From Escherichia coli (GTDB lineage: Bacteria > Pseudomonadota > Gammaproteobacteria > Enterobacterales > Enterobacteriaceae): a DNA stretch of 64,000 nt. Positions 59,640-64,000 of this stretch are shown piece after piece. The stretch lies in the NCBI RefSeq assembly GCF_009931435.1, contig NZ_CP043414.1. One strand, written 5' to 3'. A program made the position numbers and the translations under genes. Every line of letters begins with the position of its first letter. Positions within the stretch are counted from its first letter, which is position 1. The notes beneath the pieces are model-generated. The model was not told the DNA's origin. It made no database searches and saw only the letters and a program-made list of their open reading frames with translations.

Positions 59640-60581
59640 ATGTTAGACAATGTTTTAAGAATTGCCACACGCCAAAGCCCACTTGCACTCTGGCAGGCAC
59701 ACTATGTCAAAGACAAGTTGATGGCGAGCCATCCGGGCCTGGTCGTTGAACTGGTACCGATGGTGACGCGCGGCGATGTGATTCTTGATACGCCGCTGGC
59801 GAAAGTAGGCGGAAAAGGCTTATTTGTAAAAGAGCTGGAAGTCGCGCTCCTCGAAAATCGCGCCGATATCGCCGTACATTCAATGAAAGATGTGCCGGTT
59901 GAATTCCCGCAAGGTCTGGGGCTGGTCACCATTTGCGAGCGTGAAGATCCTCGCGATGCCTTTGTGTCCAATAACTATGACAGTCTGGATGCGTTACCTG
60001 CAGGCAGTATCGTCGGGACGTCCAGTTTACGTCGCCAGTGCCAACTGGCTGAACGCCGCCCGGATCTGATTATCCGCTCCCTGCGCGGCAACGTCGGCAC
60101 TCGCCTGAGCAAACTGGATAACGGCGAATACGATGCCATCATTCTTGCCGTAGCCGGACTAAAACGTTTAGGTCTGGAGTCACGCATTCGCGCCGCGTTG
60201 CCACCCGAGATTTCTCTTCCGGCGGTAGGACAAGGTGCGGTCGGTATTGAATGCCGCCTTAATGATACTCGCACTCGCGAGCTGCTTGCCGCGCTGAATC
60301 ACCACGAAACTGCACTGCGTGTTACCGCAGAACGCGCCATGAATACCCGTCTCGAAGGCGGATGTCAGGTGCCAATTGGTAGCTACGCCGAGCTTATTGA
60401 TGGCGAAATCTGGCTGCGTGCGCTGGTCGGCGCGCCGGACGGTTCGCAGATTATTCGCGGTGAACGCCGCGGTGCGCCGCAAGATGCCGAACAAATGGGG
60501 ATTTCGCTGGCAGAAGAGCTACTGAATAACGGCGCGCGCGAGATCCTTGCTGAAGTCTATAACGGAGACGCCCCGGCATGA
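59640..60581 (+). CDS. hemC: Porphobilinogen deaminase (hydroxymethylbilane synthase) HemC
   Basis: Track ORF 59619..60581 trimmed to [34 protein letters not shown]... (313 aa). Confidence 0.95.
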   Translation: MLDNVLRIATRQSPLALWQAHYVKDKLMASHPGLVVELVPMVTRGDVILDTPLAKVGGKGLFVKELEVALLENRADIAVHSMKDVPVEFPQGLGLVTICEREDPRDAFVSNNYDSLDALPAGSIVGTSSLRRQCQLAERRPDLIIRSLRGNVGTRLSKLDNGEYDAIILAVAGLKRLGLESRIRAALPPEISLPAVGQGAVGIECRLNDTRTRELLAALNHHETALRVTAERAMNTRLEGGCQVPIGSYAELIDGEIWLRALVGAPDGSQIIRGERRGAPQDAEQMGISLAEELLNNGAREILAEVYNGDAPA

Positions 60582-61318
60582 GTATCTTGGTCACCCGCCC
60601 GTCTCCCGCTGGAGAAGAGTTAGTGAGCCGTCTGCGCACACTGGGGCAGGTGGCCTGGCATTTTCCGCTGATTGAGTTTTCTCCGGGTCGACAATTACCG
60701 CAACTTGCTGATCAACTGGCAGCGCTGGGGGAGAGGGATCTGTTGTTTGCCCTCTCGCAACACGCGGTTGCTTTTGCCCAATCACAGCTGCATCAGCAAG
60801 ATCGTAAATGGCCCCGACTACCTGATTATTTTGCCATTGGACGGACCACCGCACTGGCGCTACATACCGTAAGCGGACAGAAGATTCTCTACCCGCAGGA
60901 TCGGGAAATCAGCGAAGTCTTGCTACAATTACCTGAATTACAAAATATTGCGGGCAAACGTGCGCTGATATTACGTGGCAATGGCGGTCGTGAGCTAATT
61001 GGGGATACCCTGACGGCGCGCGGTGCTGAGGTCACTTTTTGTGAATGTTATCAACGATGCGCAATCCATTACGATGGCGCAGAAGAAGCGATGCGCTGGC
61101 AATCCCGCGAGGTGACGACGGTCGTTGTTACCAGCGGTGAAATGTTGCAGCAACTCTGGTCGCTGATCCCACAATGGTATCGTGAGCACTGGTTACTACG
61201 CTGTCGACTATTGGTCGTCAGTGAGCGTTTGGCGAAACTCGCCCGGGAACTGGGCTGGCAAGACATTAAGGTCGCCGATAACGCTGACAACGATGCGCTT
61301 TTACGGGCATTACAATAA
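60578..61318 (+). CDS. hemD: Uroporphyrinogen-III synthase HemD
   Basis: 246-aa [37 protein letters not shown]...; ATGA overlap with hemC. Confidence 0.95.
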   Translation: MSILVTRPSPAGEELVSRLRTLGQVAWHFPLIEFSPGRQLPQLADQLAALGERDLLFALSQHAVAFAQSQLHQQDRKWPRLPDYFAIGRTTALALHTVSGQKILYPQDREISEVLLQLPELQNIAGKRALILRGNGGRELIGDTLTARGAEVTFCECYQRCAIHYDGAEEAMRWQSREVTTVVVTSGEMLQQLWSLIPQWYREHWLLRCRLLVVSERLAKLARELGWQDIKVADNADNDALLRALQ

Positions 61319-61339
61319 CTCTCATAACAGGAAGCCATA

Positions 61340-62545
61340 ATGACGGAACAAGAAAAAACCTCCGCCGTGGTTGAAGAGACCAGGGAGGCCGTGGACACCA
61401 CGTCACAACCTGTCGCAACAGAAAAAAAGAGCAAGAACAACACCGCATTGATTCTCAGCGCGGTGGCTATCGCTATTGCTCTGGCGGCGGGCGTCGGTTT
61501 GTATGGCTGGGGTAAACAACAGGCCGTCAATCAGACTGCCACCAGCGATGCCCTGGCTAACCAACTTACGGCACTGCAAAAAGCCCAGGAGAGCCAAAAA
61601 GCCGAGCTGGAAGGCATTATCAAGCAACAAGCTGTACAGCTTGAGCAAGCGAATCGTCAGCAAGAAACGCTGGCAAAACAGCTGGATGAAGTCCAACAAA
61701 AGGTCGCGACTATTTCCGGCAGCGATGCTAAAACCTGGCTGCTGGCTCAGGCTGATTTCCTGGTGAAACTCGCCGGAAGGAAGCTGTGGAGCGATCAGGA
61801 CGTCACGACCGCTGCAGCGTTGCTGAAAAGTGCAGATGCCAGCCTGGCGGATATGAATGACCCGAGTCTGATTACCGTTCGTCGGGCAATTACCGATGAT
61901 ATCGCCAGCCTTTCTGCGGTATCGCAGGTGGATTATGACGGCATCATCCTTAAGCTGAACCAGCTTTCTAATCAGGTAGATAACCTGCGTCTGGCCGATA
62001 ATGACAGCGATGGTTCACCGATGGATTCCGACGGTGAAGAGCTTTCCAGTTCCCTCAGCGAATGGCGTATCAATCTACAAAAAAGCTGGCAGAACTTTAT
62101 GGACAACTTCATTACGATTCGCCGTCGTGATGACACCGCCGTACCACTGTTAGCACCGAATCAGGATATCTATCTGCGCGAAAATATTCGCTCCCGCCTG
62201 CTGGTCGCGGCACAAGCCGTACCGCGTCATCAGGAAGAGACTTACCGCCAGGCGCTGGAGAACGTCTCCACCTGGGTTCGTGCTTATTACGATACTGATG
62301 ATGCCACCACCAAAGCGTTCCTCGACGAGGTGGATCAGCTAAGTCAGCAAAATATCTCGATGGATCTCCCGGAAACCCTGCAAAGCCAGGCGATGCTGGA
62401 AAAACTGATGCAGACTCGCGTGCGTAACCTGCTGGCACAACCGGCAGCGGGGACAACGGAAGCTAAACCTGCACCTGCACCTGCACCTGCACCTGCACCT
62501 GCACCGCAAGCTGATACTCCGGCAGCCGCGCCGCAAGGAGAATAA
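61340..62545 (+). CDS. hemX: HemX (putative uroporphyrinogen-III C-methyltransferase-like membrane protein)
   Basis: 401-aa [54 protein letters not shown]...; coiled-coil middle region and Pro-Ala repeat tail. Confidence 0.92.
   Translation: MTEQEKTSAVVEETREAVDTTSQPVATEKKSKNNTALILSAVAIAIALAAGVGLYGWGKQQAVNQTATSDALANQLTALQKAQESQKAELEGIIKQQAVQLEQANRQQETLAKQLDEVQQKVATISGSDAKTWLLAQADFLVKLAGRKLWSDQDVTTAAALLKSADASLADMNDPSLITVRRAITDDIASLSAVSQVDYDGIILKLNQLSNQVDNLRLADNDSDGSPMDSDGEELSSSLSEWRINLQKSWQNFMDNFITIRRRDDTAVPLLAPNQDIYLRENIRSRLLVAAQAVPRHQEETYRQALENVSTWVRAYYDTDDATTKAFLDEVDQLSQQNISMDLPETLQSQAMLEKLMQTRVRNLLAQPAAGTTEAKPAPAPAPAPAPAPQADTPAAAPQGE
62468..62497 (+). repeat. Tandem hexanucleotide repeat (CCTGCA)x5 encoding (PA)n near the hemX C-terminus
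   Basis: Five perfect tandem CCTGCA units read directly; encodes [10 protein letters not shown]. Confidence 0.85.
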
Positions 62546-62547
62546 CC

Positions 62548-63744
62548 ATGCTAAAAGTGTTGTTGCTCTTTGTTTTGCTGATTGCGGGGATAGTGGTTGG
62601 CCCGATGATTGCCGGTCATCAGGGTTACGTATTGATTCAGACCGACAACTACAATATCGAAACCAGCGTCACTGGCCTGGCGATTATTTTGATTCTGGCG
62701 ATGGTAGTGCTGTTTGCCATTGAGTGGCTACTGCGGCGGATCTTCCGCACAGGCGCACACACCCGTGGGTGGTTTGTCGGACGTAAGCGTCGCCGTGCCC
62801 GTAAGCAGACCGAACAGGCGCTGCTGAAACTAGCGGAAGGCGATTATCAGCAAGTTGAAAAGCTGATGGCGAAAAATGCCGATCACGCTGAACAACCGGT
62901 GGTGAACTATCTGCTGGCTGCCGAAGCCGCGCAACAACGCGGTGATGAAGCACGCGCCAACCAACATCTGGAACGCGCAGCGGAGCTGGCCGGCAACGAC
63001 ACAATTCCGGTAGAAATCACCCGTGTACGTCTGCAACTGGCCCGTAATGAAAACCATGCAGCACGTCACGGCGTTGATAAGCTGCTGGAAGTTACGCCAC
63101 GCCATCCGGAAGTATTACGTCTGGCGGAACAGGCGTATATCCGCACTGGTGCATGGAGTTCGCTGCTGGATATCATCCCATCAATGGCAAAAGCCCACGT
63201 TGGCGATGAAGAGCATCGTGCAATGCTGGAACAACAGGCATGGATTGGCCTGATGGATCAGGCGCGTGCCGATAACGGTAGCGAAGGTTTGCGTAACTGG
63301 TGGAAAAACCAAAGCCGGAAAACGCGTCATCAGGTGGCGTTACAGGTGGCAATGGCGGAACATCTTATTGAATGTGACGATCATGATACTGCCCAGCAAA
63401 TTATCATCGACGGCCTGAAACGCCAGTATGACGATCGCCTGCTGCTGCCGATCCCGCGTCTGAAAACCAATAACCCGGAACAGCTGGAAAAAGTGCTGCG
63501 CCAACAGATCAAAAACGTGGGCGATCGCCCGTTGTTGTGGAGCACACTGGGTCAGTCGCTGATGAAGCACGGCGAATGGCAGGAAGCATCGCTCGCCTTC
63601 CGCGCGGCGCTGAAACAACGTCCGGACGCCTACGATTACGCATGGCTTGCCGACGCGCTGGACAGACTGCACAAGCCGGAAGAAGCCGCAGCGATGCGTC
63701 GCGATGGCTTGATGCTAACGTTGCAGAACAACCCGCCACAGTAG
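62548..63744 (+). CDS. hemY: HemY (TPR-containing inner-membrane protein of the hem operon)
   Basis: 398-aa ORF MLKVLLLFVLLIAGIVVGPMIAGHQGYVLIQTDNYNIETSVTGLAIILIL... Confidence 0.95.
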   Translation: MLKVLLLFVLLIAGIVVGPMIAGHQGYVLIQTDNYNIETSVTGLAIILILAMVVLFAIEWLLRRIFRTGAHTRGWFVGRKRRRARKQTEQALLKLAEGDYQQVEKLMAKNADHAEQPVVNYLLAAEAAQQRGDEARANQHLERAAELAGNDTIPVEITRVRLQLARNENHAARHGVDKLLEVTPRHPEVLRLAEQAYIRTGAWSSLLDIIPSMAKAHVGDEEHRAMLEQQAWIGLMDQARADNGSEGLRNWWKNQSRKTRHQVALQVAMAEHLIECDDHDTAQQIIIDGLKRQYDDRLLLPIPRLKTNNPEQLEKVLRQQIKNVGDRPLLWSTLGQSLMKHGEWQEASLAFRAALKQRPDAYDYAWLADALDRLHKPEEAAAMRRDGLMLTLQNNPPQ

Positions 63745-63755
63745 CTCTTTCTCAC

Positions 63756-63790
63756 CCGGAGGCAAGCACCTCCGGGGCCTTTCTGATATA
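63756..63790 (+). terminator. hemCDXY operon terminator
   Basis: Hairpin CCGGAGGCAAGCACCTCCGG followed by a T-rich tract directly after the hemY stop. Confidence 0.55.
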
Positions 63791-63791
63791 T

Positions 63792-63998
63792 AAAAAAACG
63801 CCTGCTCTTATTACGGAGCAGGCGTTAAAACAGGTCTGTATGACAACAAGTGGGTGCTTCACTCAACGTTGTGTCCATGGTGTCTGATGAGGCATAAGCG
63901 ACATCTGTCAGTGGACGATAAGCACCGTAAACGGCTCTGCGTCATTCCGGAGTTTATGAGGCACTAAGGCGAACATAAGAGATGGAATGAGCATCTAC
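63792..63998 (-). ncRNA. glmZ: Small regulatory RNA GlmZ (SraJ)
   Basis: Reverse strand reads GTAGATGCTCATTCCATCTCTTATGTTCGCCTTAGTGCC...ACAGACCTGTTTTAACGCCTGCTCCGTAATAAGAGCAGGCGTTTTTTT, matching remembered GlmZ with its terminator hairpin and U-tract; position downstream of hemY agrees. Confidence 0.8.
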
Positions 63999-64000
63999 TC

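Noticed and set aside
62468-62497. Possible CRISPR-like or minisatellite array at the CCTGCA repeats
   Set aside because: Units are 6 bp with no spacers, in frame within hemX, and encode a Pro-Ala linker; this is a coding simple-sequence repeat, not a CRISPR array.
63745-64000. Expected tRNA genes downstream of hemY
   Set aside because: No cloverleaf-compatible sequence or conserved T-loop motif (GGTTCGAATCC or its complement) is present; the region is explained by the glmZ sRNA.

Overview
This window reads as an Escherichia-type enterobacterial chromosome segment running from trkH to glmZ, in the opposite orientation to the E. coli K-12 map. Gene calls come from recognising the translated ORFs against remembered protein sequences and from synteny; no database search was run. 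Frames follow the supplied ORF track, with starts trimmed where the track's longest ORF overshoots the known N-terminus; coordinates of non-coding sites are approximate to a few bases. The core backbone is trkH, yigZ, pepQ, fadBA, fre, ubiD, rfaH, tatDCBA, ubiB, ubiJ, ubiE, rmuC, udp, dlhH, metE, metR, bioP(yigM), yigL, pldB, rhtB, rhtC, recQ, pldA, yigI, rarD, corA, yigE, uvrD, yigB, xerC, yigA, dapF, yifL, cyaY, cyaA, hemCDXY and the sRNA glmZ. Four segments are not part of the K-12 backbone as I recall it: (1) an AT-rich two-gene cassette between rarD and corA (44.55-46.23 kb), the strongest candidate for an undescribed toxin/immunity or defence module; (2) an eight-gene FdrA/DUF1116/DUF2877 + carbamate kinase + isochorismatase-like hydrolase + permease + LysR island between dlhH and metE; (3) a six-gene IclR + sugar-acid kinase + aldolase + TctCBA island between rmuC and udp; (4) a single 685-aa secreted repeat protein inserted between yifL and cyaY. 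No integrase, transposase, tRNA, rRNA or CRISPR array was seen. Known regulatory sites (FadR operator, uvrD LexA box, met boxes), REP elements and terminators are listed with lower confidence.
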